Source of the DNA: a virus | DNA length: 50,371 nt | Virus record (IMG/VR): IMGVR_UViG_3300045988_080164 | Coordinates: 1-50,371 of that record | Strand: one strand, 5' to 3' | Shown: positions 50,317 to 50,371 of the stretch, piece after piece | Position numbering within the stretch: position 1 is the stretch's first letter | Layout of the letters: each line of letters opens with the position of its first letter | Program-made: the position numbers and the translations under genes | Notes under the pieces: model-generated | Databases searched by the model: none | Told to the model about the DNA's origin: nothing | What the model saw: the letters and a program-made list of their open reading frames with translations, nothing else

Positions 50317-50371
50317 ACTTTCATACCAAACGAAACCACAATAGCCTACAACCGCTTCAAGAAACATTAAT
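50317..50371. repeat. second copy of the 55-bp terminal duplication
   Basis: Identical to bases 1..55. Confidence 0.95.

Noticed and set aside
629-50370. All plus-strand ORFs in the track (for example 5401..5934, 6171..6749, 24261..24812, 41220..41564)
   Set aside because: They lie antisense to long, motif-bearing minus-strand genes. They translate to low-complexity Leu/Phe/Ser/Cys-rich sequence, lack Shine-Dalgarno sites, and no promoter-like signal faces the plus strand.

Overview
The first 55 bases are identical to the last 55, so the window is one complete, circularly closed tailed-phage genome of about 50.3 kb. It is AT-rich and every credible gene is on the minus strand; the plus-strand ORFs in the track look like antisense shadows. 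In transcription order (descending coordinates): a terminator-insulated cassette of unusual low-complexity proteins (49658-47082); about 27 kb of early, replication and recombination genes (J-domain protein, primase, SSB-like protein, DnaE-type polymerase, RecA, Cas4-like nuclease, RuvC-like resolvase, RNase HI, three methyltransferase-like genes, ParB-like and MazG-like proteins, many small Cys-rich ORFs); two tRNAs; then TerL, a lysis cassette, and portal/head/tail/fibre genes. Transcription signals are very regular: 21 promoters close to TTGACA-N17-TATAAT and about 8 intrinsic terminators. I found no integrase, repressor, CRISPR array, reverse transcriptase or suppressor tRNA. I cannot name a known defence or anti-defence system. 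Points worth a second look are: the 47-49.7 kb cassette; a promoter-leader-terminator switch at 24.8-25.1 kb; three palindromes that embed a promoter -35 box; several frame-disrupted genes at short repeat tracts; an apparent +1 tail-chaperone frameshift; and an in-frame TAA across the junction. Functional calls rest on motifs recognised by eye and on gene order; no database search was possible.
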